Origin: Myxococcota bacterium
GTDB taxonomy: Bacteria; Myxococcota_A; UBA9160; JAFDDA01
Reading direction: 5' to 3'
Length of the DNA stretch: 64,000 bases
Assembly (NCBI GenBank): GCA_965228475.1
Contig: OZ245817.1
Span: forward strand, 4,064,001 to 4,128,000
The notes beneath the pieces were generated by a model. The model was not told where the DNA came from and ran no database searches. It was given only the letters and a program-made list of their open reading frames with translations. Position 1 is the first letter of the stretch, and every line of letters begins with the position of its first letter. Below, in pieces: positions 19,240-28,702 of this stretch. The position numbers and the translations under genes were made by a program.

Positions 19240-20031
19240 TTGGACTACCAGGACATCCGGTTCGAAACGAGCGACCACGTCGCCACCATCACCCTCGACC
19301 GACCCGAGGTGATGAACGCCTTCCGCGGGCGAACCTGCGAAGAGCTGATCCACGCCCTCCATCGCGCCGGCTACGACCGCGACGTCGGCGCGATCATCCT
19401 GACCGGCGCCGGAGAGCGGGCCTTCTGCACCGGCGGCGACCAGTCGGGCCACGACGAGGACGGCGCCTACTCGGGGAGCCGCGGCGTGATCGGCATGCCG
19501 ATCGACGAAGTCCACACCGCCATGCGCGACGTGCCGAAGCCCGTCCTCGCCAAGGTGCGCGGCTATGCCATCGGCGGCGGGAACGTGCTCGCGACGATCT
19601 GCGATCTCACCCTCGCGGCGGAGAGCGCCATCTTCGGCCAGGTCGGACCGAAGATGGGTTCGGTGGATCCGGGCTTCGGCACCGCCTACCTCGCGCACGT
19701 GGTCGGAGAAAAGAAAGCGCGGGAGATGTGGTACCTGTGCCGCCGCTACTCAGCCCAGGAAGCGAAGGAGATGGGCCTCGTGAACGAGGTCGTCCCCGAC
19801 GACCAGCTCGACGCCGTGGCCATGGAGTGGGCCCGCGAGATCGCCGAACGGAGCCCCACGGCGATCGCGCTGGCCAAGCGCTCCTTCAACGCGGACACCG
19901 AGAACATCCGGGGCATCGGCAGCCTCGGCTTCCAGGCGGTCGCGCTCTACTACGGAACCGAGGAGTCCAAGGAAGGCGGAGCCGCCCTCGCGGAGAAGCG
20001 CCGGCCGGACTTCCGCAAGAAATCCGGCTGA
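19240..20031 (+). CDS. badI: 2-ketocyclohexanecarboxyl-CoA hydrolase (crotonase fold, MenB-related)
   Basis: MNAFRGRTCEELI...AGYD, AFCTGGDQS, GGGNVLATICDLT, GQVGPKMGSVDPGFGT, AKRSFNADT fit BadI better than MenB (from memory of the family). Confidence 0.75.
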   Translation: MDYQDIRFETSDHVATITLDRPEVMNAFRGRTCEELIHALHRAGYDRDVGAIILTGAGERAFCTGGDQSGHDEDGAYSGSRGVIGMPIDEVHTAMRDVPKPVLAKVRGYAIGGGNVLATICDLTLAAESAIFGQVGPKMGSVDPGFGTAYLAHVVGEKKAREMWYLCRRYSAQEAKEMGLVNEVVPDDQLDAVAMEWAREIAERSPTAIALAKRSFNADTENIRGIGSLGFQAVALYYGTEESKEGGAALAEKRRPDFRKKSG

Positions 20032-20077
20032 CGCGGTCGCCGCAGACGTCGCTACGTTCTTCACGAGGGGGATCGAC

Positions 20078-20827
20078 ATGAGCACGGAAGGTTCCGGGGC
20101 GTCGCGAGCCGCAGGAGACGGGCTCCACAACGAAGACGTGTTCGTCGTCGAGCCGGGGCTCGGCCTGTATCTCGTCTGCGACGGCGCCAGCGGCGCGCCG
20201 GCCGGCGAGGCCGCGGCCCGCATCGCCAGCGAGGCGATCGAGGCCTTCGTCGAGCGGGCCGACGAGGAGATCGACCTCGGTGGGAGCCGGGCGAGCCTCG
20301 CAGTCGTCGAGCGCGCCATGCGCTACGCGCTCGGCTGCGTCCTCGACTCCGACGAACTGACGCCCGGGCCGGGGCTTCTCACGACCGCCACCCTGCTTCT
20401 GGCCCACGGCCGCACCGGAGTGATCGGACACTGCGGCGACAGCCGCGCCTACCTCGTCCGCCAGGACCGCTGCCATCAGCTCACGCGCGACCACGAGCTC
20501 ACGGAAGAGAGCGCCGGCGGTGGCGAGGTGCCCTTCGACGTCTTCCGGGTCGACCTGCATGCCGGCGACACGGTGATTCTCTGCACGGACGGAGCCGAGG
20601 ACGTCGTCCAGAACCGGGAGATCGTCCGGGCCGCTTCCCGGCTGGCGCCCCGTGTCCTCGCCAGCCGGATCGTCAGCGTGGCCAACCGCGAGCACTCGGA
20701 TCAGGACGCGACCGCCGTGGTCGTTCGCGTTCAGCACGAGCGAGATCCGGGTTGGCTCGGCGTCTCCGAGCCCACGCGCGGGACGTCCTACGGCCACACG
20801 CTCGAACACGCGTCGCGGCCGGCCTGA
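20078..20827 (+). CDS. PP2C-family Ser/Thr protein phosphatase
   Basis: NED, VCDG, HCGDSRAY, LTRDH, LCTDG, DATAVVV. Confidence 0.85.
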   Translation: MSTEGSGASRAAGDGLHNEDVFVVEPGLGLYLVCDGASGAPAGEAAARIASEAIEAFVERADEEIDLGGSRASLAVVERAMRYALGCVLDSDELTPGPGLLTTATLLLAHGRTGVIGHCGDSRAYLVRQDRCHQLTRDHELTEESAGGGEVPFDVFRVDLHAGDTVILCTDGAEDVVQNREIVRAASRLAPRVLASRIVSVANREHSDQDATAVVVRVQHERDPGWLGVSEPTRGTSYGHTLEHASRPA

Positions 20828-20830
20828 CGA

Positions 20831-20860
20831 GCCGCGCCCCCCTCGGAAGAGGGGCGCGGC
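20831..20860. terminator. GC-rich hairpin between convergent genes
   Basis: GCCGCGCCCC...GGGGCGCGGC inverted repeat; no U-tract. Confidence 0.45.
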
Positions 20861-20878
20861 GCCAGCATCACACTGGAG

Positions 20879-23824
20879 CTAGAGGCAGGCGTTCACGCCG
20901 GAGTTGTCCACGCAGATGGGCATCTCCGGGGAGAGCGGGCCGTGCGGGTTCTGCACCTGGAGCAGGTGCAGGCCGTTCGGCGGCACGCTGCTGAGCGAGA
21001 TCACGACGGTCTGCGAATCGCAGTACGGCGTGAAGCTTCCGCCCTGACAGCTGATCGAGCCGCTCACGACCTGGCCGTCCACGATGATCTGGGCATCGCC
21101 GCGCACGTCCACGCCGACCAGGGTCATCGGGTTCTCGGCGGGAAGGACCGGCAGATCCGGGTTGCCCGTCGCCCCGTTCCCGTTGCCCACCTGCGACAGC
21201 AGCGGCATGCGGTGGGTCGCCGCGCCGTAGTTCTGCGGAAGCGCGCCGGTGAAGGTCAGCGTCGCGTCGCCGGCCGCCGCCAGGGCGATCAGCGAAGCCC
21301 GGGTGTGGGAGATCGAGTCGTTGGCGTTCTTGTAGGTGCCGTCGTCCCGGTAGGAGAGAATGACCCAGACGGAGTTGCCGCCCTGGTCGATCTCGCCGTG
21401 GGCGCGCAGGTTCACCATGCCGTCGTCGTCCGCTTCTTCGAGCCGGGCGATCACCGCCTCGGTGTCGGTGAGCTCGGGTGCGACGGAGGTCACGTCGTTC
21501 AGGGTGACCTGCCGGCCGAGAACCCCGCTGAAGCCCGTGCTCGCCTCTTCCGCCATCTGGAAGATGTCGAAGACGCCCTTGCCGTAGACCGGGAAGAACA
21601 CGGCGAAGGCCGCCGAGAGGACCGCGTCCTCCTCGAAGCCCTGGGCCGGGTCGTAGGGAATCTCCGTGGCGAGCGTCGCGATCGGGAAGCCCAGGATGTT
21701 GATGATCTGCGAGGTCTTCGCCCACTCCATGGTCTCTTCCGCGGCGGTCACGCCGAGGGAGAACTGGAGCCAGCGGTCCGTCATGCCGCGCATGGTCGGC
21801 ACGTCGAAGCCGCCGAGGGTCGACGAGCTGTGCCCGACGCCGAGGGGCAGCGAGTGGCACCCGGAGTTCGAGTCCGCACAGGTCAGGACGCCCACGAACC
21901 CGCCGGCGCCGCCGACGTCGACGAAGAAGTCCGAGAAGCCCTGGTTGGCGCTCGCCGTGAGCGCGTCGTCCGCGCGGCGCGAGCGCGGCGGCGGGTAGGC
22001 GACGTTGCCGAGGAAGACGGCCATGTCGTCCTGCTCCTGCACCGAGAGCTCGTTCCCGCCGAGCGGGCAGCCGGCCGGGTTGGTCGCGAGGTTCTGGTCG
22101 CACATCACGCCGGAGAGCGCGTGGACGACCAGATCCAGGAAGCAGTCGTGCTCGTCGCCGTCGGAGATGTCGCAGCTCGGCGGGACGTTTCCGTTCACGC
22201 CGACCGCGCCGTCCGCGCCGCCGAAGGGGTCGCCGAGGGCACCGTCCCAGTGGAGCGGCACGGTGTTGGCGAGGCCGCGCACGGGCATCGTGCTGCGGAT
22301 CTCGTCGTTCTCGTTGCAGGCCCCGAAGAAGCAGGCGCCGCCGATCCGCCAGAGCAGCTGGTCCGTGTTGCCGTCCGGGTGGCAGCTCTCGCAGGAGAAC
22401 GTGCCGTCCGTCGAGGCGAAGCCGCTGCTGAAGGCGATGCGGCCGCGGCGGATGGCATCCGGCGTCGGATCGGCACCGACCGTGAACTTGCCCGTGTGCG
22501 TGATGGCCCCGGGCGTGCTCACGTCGACCACGGAGACCGTGTTCTCGAGCGTGTTCAGCACGTAGGCCGTCTGGGGCGCGCCGCCGCCGTCCGAGAGGAG
22601 CGCCACGCCCTTCGGGATCTGCTGGCCGAAGTCCGCCGGCACGCCGGCGTTCAGGTCGAGCGTGTCGAGGATCGCGCCGGTGCTCGCGTTCATCGTGAAC
22701 ACGCGGCTCGTCCCGGCCGCGGTCGCCACGATCGTCGCGTCGTTGTCGCTCAGGGCGATGCCGTAGGGGGTGGCCAGGGCCGTCGTGACCGGGCTCCCCG
22801 GCGCCGGCTCGAGCTCGATGCTCGTCTGGACGCTGCAGCTCGCGCCGCTGCAATCCACGTTGCCGATCTGATTCAGGAACATGCGGTTCTCGAGGGCGAC
22901 GAGGTCGTTCGCTCCCGTGTCGTTGTTGCCGCCGTTCACCTCGTTGCGCGCCTCGACCTGCGTGATGAAGACCTCGTCCGTCGAGCTGATGACGAGGTCG
23001 TAGAGCAGGGTCCCGACGCCGGTGACGGCTTCGTCGAGCGTATCCGTGGCGGTGTCGATCACGAAGAGGTCGCGGTCCGGCACGTCCGGGTCGATCACGA
23101 TGCGCGAGTCCTGACCGGGGATGTTCGGCGAGACGAGCACGAAGTCCGCCAGGTCCGCGGCATCGAGGGTGCACTGGGGCGGGTTCAGGCCGCCGGGGCA
23201 GAGCGAGAGCTCGGACTGGTTGCCCGACTCGAAGACGGCGACGTAGAGCTTGCCGTTGCGGACGGCGATGGCCCGCGGCTCCTGGGCGGTGATGTGGATG
23301 CGCCCGGTGACCTCGTAGGTCGTGGTGTCGATGATCGCGATGTCGTTGCGCGAGGAGAGCGCCACGTAGGCCTTGGCGTTGCTCGCGAAGGCGATGCCGG
23401 TCGGCTCGTCGAACTGGCTCACGCCGTTGCTGTCGACGTCCTGCACGGTCTCGATCACGCGGTACTGCGTGTCGCCCGCCGTGAGGTCGATGACCGAGAC
23501 CGAGTCCGAGAGGTGGTTCGAGACCCAGAGCTCGGAACCGTCGGGCTTGAGCGCGAGGCTTCCGGGCTCGAGCCCGACCTCGATGGTGGCGAGCGGCGAG
23601 TTGCCGGCGGTCGCGATCACGCTGACCGTGCCGCTCGTCGTGTTGGCCACGAACAAGAGCGAGCCGTCGCCGGAAAGAAGGATGGGCTTGACCTGGGGAC
23701 TCGCGAAGGTCTGCTGCCCCTTCGGTTCGTGGTTGTTCACTTCGTTGCAGGCGGCACCGAGGTGCGAGACGCCGAGAACGACGGCTGCCAGAACGAACCA
23801 GCGGGCGGAATGGTTGGGGCGCAT
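20879..23824 (-). CDS. YVTN beta-propeller / di-heme cytochrome c peroxidase-like lipoprotein
   Basis: GGAGG RBS; LGAAC lipobox; FVANTTSGTVSVI, WVSNHLSDSVSVI, YVLNTLENTVSVV repeats; CESCH, PLHWDG and FDVPTMRG motifs of the CcP/MauG-like fold. Confidence 0.75.
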   Translation of the reverse strand: MRPNHSARWFVLAAVVLGVSHLGAACNEVNNHEPKGQQTFASPQVKPILLSGDGSLLFVANTTSGTVSVIATAGNSPLATIEVGLEPGSLALKPDGSELWVSNHLSDSVSVIDLTAGDTQYRVIETVQDVDSNGVSQFDEPTGIAFASNAKAYVALSSRNDIAIIDTTTYEVTGRIHITAQEPRAIAVRNGKLYVAVFESGNQSELSLCPGGLNPPQCTLDAADLADFVLVSPNIPGQDSRIVIDPDVPDRDLFVIDTATDTLDEAVTGVGTLLYDLVISSTDEVFITQVEARNEVNGGNNDTGANDLVALENRMFLNQIGNVDCSGASCSVQTSIELEPAPGSPVTTALATPYGIALSDNDATIVATAAGTSRVFTMNASTGAILDTLDLNAGVPADFGQQIPKGVALLSDGGGAPQTAYVLNTLENTVSVVDVSTPGAITHTGKFTVGADPTPDAIRRGRIAFSSGFASTDGTFSCESCHPDGNTDQLLWRIGGACFFGACNENDEIRSTMPVRGLANTVPLHWDGALGDPFGGADGAVGVNGNVPPSCDISDGDEHDCFLDLVVHALSGVMCDQNLATNPAGCPLGGNELSVQEQDDMAVFLGNVAYPPPRSRRADDALTASANQGFSDFFVDVGGAGGFVGVLTCADSNSGCHSLPLGVGHSSSTLGGFDVPTMRGMTDRWLQFSLGVTAAEETMEWAKTSQIINILGFPIATLATEIPYDPAQGFEEDAVLSAAFAVFFPVYGKGVFDIFQMAEEASTGFSGVLGRQVTLNDVTSVAPELTDTEAVIARLEEADDDGMVNLRAHGEIDQGGNSVWVILSYRDDGTYKNANDSISHTRASLIALAAAGDATLTFTGALPQNYGAATHRMPLLSQVGNGNGATGNPDLPVLPAENPMTLVGVDVRGDAQIIVDGQVVSGSISCQGGSFTPYCDSQTVVISLSSVPPNGLHLLQVQNPHGPLSPEMPICVDNSGVNACL

Positions 23825-23847
23825 GAATCCTCCAGACGGGTCCGCGA

Positions 23848-23891
23848 AGTGTACAGACGCGGGCCGAGGGGGTCGACGCACTTCGACCCCC
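23848..23891 (-). promoter_or_regulatory. promoter TCGACC-17-TACACT overlapped by palindrome GGGGGTCGA-N6-TCGACCCCC
   Basis: -10 at 23853..23848, -35 at 23876..23871, perfect 9-bp inverted repeat 23868..23891. Confidence 0.5.
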
Positions 23892-24018
23892 CGGTAAGTG
23901 CCTCAAGCCCTTGAAAAGTGTCGGGGATTTCCGTTTCCGGAGGCCGCCCGCCCGAAAGGAGGGCCTGAGAGCCTCTCGGCCCGTTTTCGCCCGCTTCGAC
24001 GCAGCGCGACGCCCCGGT

Positions 24019-25620
24019 CTAGACGCGCTGCGTCGCGACCCCTTCGGCCCAGCGGTAGTCCGGCTTGCCGCTCGGCGAGCGCTCGACGGCCTTCACCAGG
24101 TGGAGCTCGCGCGGGACCTTGTACCCGGCCAGGTGCTCGCGGCAGTGGGCCTGGAGCCCTTCGAGATCGAGTGCGGCGCCTTCTCGCGGCGCGACCACCG
24201 CGGAGACGCGCGCCCCCCAGCGTTCGTCGGGAACGCCGACGACCACGGCGTCCCAGACGGCCGGGTGGGACTTCACGGCGGTCTCCACCTCTTCGGGGAA
24301 GATCTTCTCGCCGCCCGAGTTGATGCACTGGGAGCCGCGCCCGAGGAGCGTGATGGTGCCGTCGTCCTCGAGCCGCGCGAAGTCGCCCGGGATCACCGCG
24401 CGCCGCCCGCCGATCTCGACGAAGGTCTCGGCGGACTTCTTCGGATCCTTGTAGTACTCGAGCGGCACGTTGCCGCAACGGGCGAGCTTGCCGGTGACGC
24501 CGGGCGGAGTCGGCTCGCCCGCTTCGTCCACGACCAGCGTGTCGAGGCCCGCCTTCACGTTGGGGCCGCCCCGCGTGAAGGCCGTCTTCCCCTTCACGAT
24601 GATGGTGAGCCCGTTCCCGCCGCCCTCCGAGGAGCCGATGCTCTCGGTGATGACGAGGTTCGGCAGGTGCTCGAAGAACTCGTCCTTCACCGCCGGCGAA
24701 AAGACCGCCGCGGTGCTGACCACCGCGATCAGCGAGGACAGGTCGTGCGTGTTGCGGCCGAGCGCTTCCACGAGAGGTCGCCCCATGGCGTCGCCCGTGA
24801 TGAAGAGGCTCTGGATCTTCTCGGCCTCGACCAGACGCCAGACGTCGTCCGGGTCGAAGCGCGAGACGAGGCCCGTCATGCGGCCAACGAAGCTCCCCCC
24901 CATGACCGACCACTGGGTCGCGCCGTGCATGAGCGGCGCGAGCGGCAGGAAGCGCGTGAGGCCCGGGCGGTTGCCCTTTTCGATCATGTCCTCGGGCGCC
25001 TTCGCGCGGGAGCCGTCCTGGAGGTCGACGCCGCCGCCGAGGGCGTAGAAGACGTCCTCGTGGCGCCAGACCACGCCCTTGGGCATGCCCGTCGTGCCGC
25101 CCGTGTAGAGGATGTAGTGGTCGTCGTTCGAGCGCGCCGGGAAATCCCGCTCGGCGGAACCTTCCGCGAGGGCGGTTTCGTAGGGGACCGAGTCCATGCC
25201 CGAGAGATCCGCGCCCGATCCGTCCTCGATCACGATCGAGTGCGAGAGGAGCGGCATCACGTCGAGCACCGAGCGCACGCGCGGCGCGAACTCCCGGGCG
25301 TAGACCAGGGCCTTCAGGTCCGCGTTGTCGAACAGGTAGCGGAGCTCGTCCTCGACGTAGCGGTAGTTGATGTTGATCCAGACGGCGCGGACCTTGAACA
25401 CGGCCCAGAGCGTCTCGACCCACTCGACGCAGTTGTAGGCGTAGATGCCGACGTGGTCGCCGGGGCCGATGCCGTTCGCGGCCAGGTGGTGCGCGAGCTG
25501 ATTCGCACGGGCGTCCATCTCGGCGAAGGTGCGGCGCTCGCCTTCGGCGACGAGGTATTCGCGGTCGGGCCACGCGTCTACGGCTTGCTCGAACAGATCG
25601 GCGAGATTGAACGTCGTCAT
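24019..25620 (-). CDS. acyl-CoA synthetase (FadD19-like AMP-binding enzyme)
   Basis: YTGGTTGMPKGV, PLMHG, GSSEGG, PGD, GRGSQCINSGGEKIFPEEVE, SPSGKPDY. Confidence 0.92.
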   Translation of the reverse strand: MTTFNLADLFEQAVDAWPDREYLVAEGERRTFAEMDARANQLAHHLAANGIGPGDHVGIYAYNCVEWVETLWAVFKVRAVWININYRYVEDELRYLFDNADLKALVYAREFAPRVRSVLDVMPLLSHSIVIEDGSGADLSGMDSVPYETALAEGSAERDFPARSNDDHYILYTGGTTGMPKGVVWRHEDVFYALGGGVDLQDGSRAKAPEDMIEKGNRPGLTRFLPLAPLMHGATQWSVMGGSFVGRMTGLVSRFDPDDVWRLVEAEKIQSLFITGDAMGRPLVEALGRNTHDLSSLIAVVSTAAVFSPAVKDEFFEHLPNLVITESIGSSEGGGNGLTIIVKGKTAFTRGGPNVKAGLDTLVVDEAGEPTPPGVTGKLARCGNVPLEYYKDPKKSAETFVEIGGRRAVIPGDFARLEDDGTITLLGRGSQCINSGGEKIFPEEVETAVKSHPAVWDAVVVGVPDERWGARVSAVVAPREGAALDLEGLQAHCREHLAGYKVPRELHLVKAVERSPSGKPDYRWAEGVATQRV

Positions 25621-25669
25621 GGCGGCATCTTACCGTGACGGGCCGCCCGGGTGGCAAGCGTCCGAGCGG

Positions 25670-26941
25670 CTACGCGGACGCGTCGGGCCGGTGCCGCGGT
25701 TCGTCGACGAAGCGCCAGGTCACGAGGAAGGCCAGCGCCTGGAACCCGACCGTCACGGCGATGAGGACTTCGTAGCCGAACTGCGCGGCCAGGAGCCCGC
25801 CGAGGAGCGGCGCCGCGATGCCCACCGCCTCCGACGCCGAGTTCGCCACCGCGATGCGCATCGGGAGATCGGCGCGCGACCCGAACTCGAGCACCAGGCT
25901 CTGGGCGGACATCATGAATCCACCGAGGCCGGCGCCGAGGCCGACGAAGGCCACGAGCACCGCGCGATAGGAGTGAGCGTCGAGGAGCAGAAGAGCCGAA
26001 GCCATCCAGACGACGAGTGCCAGGAGCAGCGTCGCACGGAACCCGCGACGATCAGCGATCGAACCGAAGCCGAGGTTCAGGGCGCCCTGCGCCGCGACGA
26101 AGGCGACCGTCAGCTCCCCGATTTCCTCGCCGGAGAAGCCGAGGCGCTCCTTGGCCATGATGATGTAGAACGGCATGGCCATGCGGCCCATCACGCCGAG
26201 AGAGCGTGCGACGAGATAGCGCGCGAAGGCGGGATCCTCACGCAGCAGCGGGAGGAGATCGGAGAAGCGCTCGCGCAGCGGCGTCGCGGTCCGCGGCGCC
26301 GGGGAGTCCGGCTCCTTCAGCATCATGAAGAGCGCGAGACCGAGTGCCGTCAGGACGAACGAAACGAGGAAGACGGTGGCGTAGCCGTTGCCGAGAGTCT
26401 CGCGCGCGAGCAGCGTGCCTCCGATACCACCCACCAAGACACCCGCGAGGCTGCCGAGAGCATTGCGCAGCCCCTGAAGCCACCCACGCCGCTCGAGCGG
26501 AACGACCTTCGAGAACAGGACGTTGAAAAGCACGCCCTGCATCCCGAGGAAGAAGCCGAACATGCCAAGGAAGACGCAGACCGCCACGACGTTCGCACTC
26601 GGTGCCAGGAAGAAGCCCGCGAGGGCGATGCCGAGAATCTGCACGCGCATCGCGGCGCCGACCCAGAGTGCGGTGGGCAGGGCGCGTCGACGGTGCTCGA
26701 CGAGGCTTGCGCTGAGGATCGGCGAGAGGAACTGCCCGAAGGCCTGGACCGCCCGCGCCACACCGACCACGAACTCCGAGCCCGAGATCATGAACACGTA
26801 GGCCGGGATGAAGGTCGGCGCATGGATCATGCGAAACCCGGTCTGCCCGAGCAGGCCGTGGATGAGCAGGACGACGAAGTTTCGTCGGTAGTAGCGCTCC
26901 GCCTCGGCCCGCAGCGTTCGTTCGCCCGCGGCCTCGCTCAC
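25670..26941 (-). CDS. MFS transporter
   Basis: About 12 hydrophobic segments, motif A-like GSIADRRGFR; GTG overlaps folC stop (GTGA). Confidence 0.85.
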   Translation of the reverse strand: MSEAAGERTLRAEAERYYRRNFVVLLIHGLLGQTGFRMIHAPTFIPAYVFMISGSEFVVGVARAVQAFGQFLSPILSASLVEHRRRALPTALWVGAAMRVQILGIALAGFFLAPSANVVAVCVFLGMFGFFLGMQGVLFNVLFSKVVPLERRGWLQGLRNALGSLAGVLVGGIGGTLLARETLGNGYATVFLVSFVLTALGLALFMMLKEPDSPAPRTATPLRERFSDLLPLLREDPAFARYLVARSLGVMGRMAMPFYIIMAKERLGFSGEEIGELTVAFVAAQGALNLGFGSIADRRGFRATLLLALVVWMASALLLLDAHSYRAVLVAFVGLGAGLGGFMMSAQSLVLEFGSRADLPMRIAVANSASEAVGIAAPLLGGLLAAQFGYEVLIAVTVGFQALAFLVTWRFVDEPRHRPDASA

Positions 26942-28272
26942 GGCTGGCCCGCGCGCAACACTTCCCGCGCGATGCCGGCGAGGTAGACCGAGCCCGTCAC
27001 GCAGAGGAGCTCTCCCGCACCGGTCCGCTCGCGCGCGGCGCGGACGGCGAGGTGCGGGTTCGGCACGACGTGGAGCTCGGTCCCGGGCGAGAGCTGCCGG
27101 ACGAGCTCCGCGACCTCGCTCGCCGCGAGCGAGCGCGCCGCCTCGGCGCGGGTCACGGTGACGTCGCGCACCCCGGGAAGCAGCGGCGCGAGCACGGCCT
27201 CGAGATCCTTGTCCGCAGAGATCGAGACCACGAGGCGCACGCCCTCGTTCGGAATCGTGGCGAGGGCACCGGCCAACGCGGCGGACGCGGCGGCGGTGTG
27301 CGCCGAGTCGACCACTACCACCGGGTCCCGGGAGAGGCACTCGACCCGGCCGGGCAGATGCGCGCCGGCGAGCGCCTCGGGCGCGCACCGGCGCAGCGCA
27401 TCGACGTCCACGCCGGGCAGCCTTCGCACGGCGGCCAGTGCGACGCTCGCGTTCGCCACCTGGTGTGCGCCGAGGGCCGGAATCCGGGCTTCGAGCTCGA
27501 AGCCTTCGTCGCGGAAGCGGAAGGCCGTGCCGTCGATCCCCGCGGAGAGCACCTCGCCCTCGAACTCCCTCCCGTGGCGCGAGAGCGGAGCGTCGAGTTC
27601 CTGGGCCCGTGCCTCGACCACGGCGGCCGCCTCGGGCGGGAGCGCCCCCATCACGACCGGCCGCTCCGGCTTCACGATGCCCGCCTTCTCCCCCGCGATC
27701 TTCGCGAGGGTGTCGCCGAGGAAGTTCACGTGTTCGAGCTCGATCGAGGTGATGCAGGCGACCTCGGGCAGGACGACGTTGGTCGAGTCGAGCCGCCCGC
27801 CGAGCCCGACCTCCACCACGGCGCGTTCCACCGCCTCGGATCGGAAGATCGAGAAGGCCGCCGCCGTCGTGACGTCGAACCAGCTCGGCACTAGCCGCGC
27901 CTCCGCTTCGCGCAGCGCCTCGACGTGCGGGCGCAGCGCCTCGACGGCCGCGACGAGCCCCTCCGCCGCCACCTCGCGGCCGTCGATGCGGAACCGCTCC
28001 GTCCAGCGCTCGAGGTGCGGCGAGGTGAAGGTCCCGACGCGCTCCCCGAGCCCGCGCAGCAGCGCCTCGGCGAACAGCGCGGTCGAGCCCTTCCCCTTCG
28101 AACCGGCGATGTGCAGCACCGCGAGCCCGGCGTGGGGGTCCCCCGCCCGCGCCAGCAGCGCGCGGATGGGCTCGAGCCCGAGCCGCTCGTAGGGCACGTC
28201 GCGCCGCCGCTCGACGTTGATCAGCCCCGCGAGCCAGGCTTCCGCGCCCGCGAGGTCCGTGATGGGATCCAA
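26938..28272 (-). CDS. folC: folylpolyglutamate synthase / dihydrofolate synthase
   Basis: HIAGSKGKGST, FTSPHL, EVGLGGRLDSTNV, IAGEKAGIVK, DSAHT, VTGSVYL; TTG start after GGAGAG. Confidence 0.93.
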   Translation of the reverse strand: MDPITDLAGAEAWLAGLINVERRRDVPYERLGLEPIRALLARAGDPHAGLAVLHIAGSKGKGSTALFAEALLRGLGERVGTFTSPHLERWTERFRIDGREVAAEGLVAAVEALRPHVEALREAEARLVPSWFDVTTAAAFSIFRSEAVERAVVEVGLGGRLDSTNVVLPEVACITSIELEHVNFLGDTLAKIAGEKAGIVKPERPVVMGALPPEAAAVVEARAQELDAPLSRHGREFEGEVLSAGIDGTAFRFRDEGFELEARIPALGAHQVANASVALAAVRRLPGVDVDALRRCAPEALAGAHLPGRVECLSRDPVVVVDSAHTAAASAALAGALATIPNEGVRLVVSISADKDLEAVLAPLLPGVRDVTVTRAEAARSLAASEVAELVRQLSPGTELHVVPNPHLAVRAARERTGAGELLCVTGSVYLAGIAREVLRAGQP

Positions 28273-28301
28273 GTCACTCTCCGGAGAAATGACACCCAAC
28301 G

Positions 28302-28331
28302 AAAAGAGGCGGCCCGGGTGGGCCGCCTCTT
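28302..28331 (-). terminator. Rho-independent terminator
   Basis: AAGAGGCGGCCC/GGGCCGCCTCTT stem followed by TTTT on the minus strand. Confidence 0.8.
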
Positions 28332-28357
28332 CATGAAACTCTCACCAAGCCTCTCGG

Positions 28358-28684
28358 CTACTGAGCCATGTACCGCTTCCACTGGCGATACTGCTGGACG
28401 GCCTGGCTCGTCGTCTCCGTCGCCGGGAAGAAGAACTTCACCGCGTGGCCGCACTTCTTGCAGATCTTGTAACAGAACTTGAAGCCCTCGACCTCGCGCT
28501 CCTTGCCGACGGTCAGGCGGTTCGCCTCCGTGCAGCACTTCGACGGCGTCGGCGGCGACACGATCTTGCGCGGGTAGTTGTTCTTCGGCTTCTCCTTCGT
28601 CGTGTAGGAGATGATGTTCTTCGTCGGACGGTTCGACTTTGCGTCCGCGTTCTGCTTGCGAATGTTGCTACCGATGCGCCTCAC
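28358..28684 (-). CDS. small basic Cys-rich hypothetical protein
   Basis: GAGAGG RBS, strong GC3 codon bias, own terminator; KCC and CKKCGH motifs. Confidence 0.7.
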   Translation of the reverse strand: MRRIGSNIRKQNADAKSNRPTKNIISYTTKEKPKNNYPRKIVSPPTPSKCCTEANRLTVGKEREVEGFKFCYKICKKCGHAVKFFFPATETTSQAVQQYRQWKRYMAQ

Positions 28685-28702
28685 GTGATGGTCCTCTCTT
28701 TC

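Noticed and set aside
19240..20031. Call as menB
   Set aside because: Motifs fit BadI better and no men genes are adjacent; kept only as an alternative
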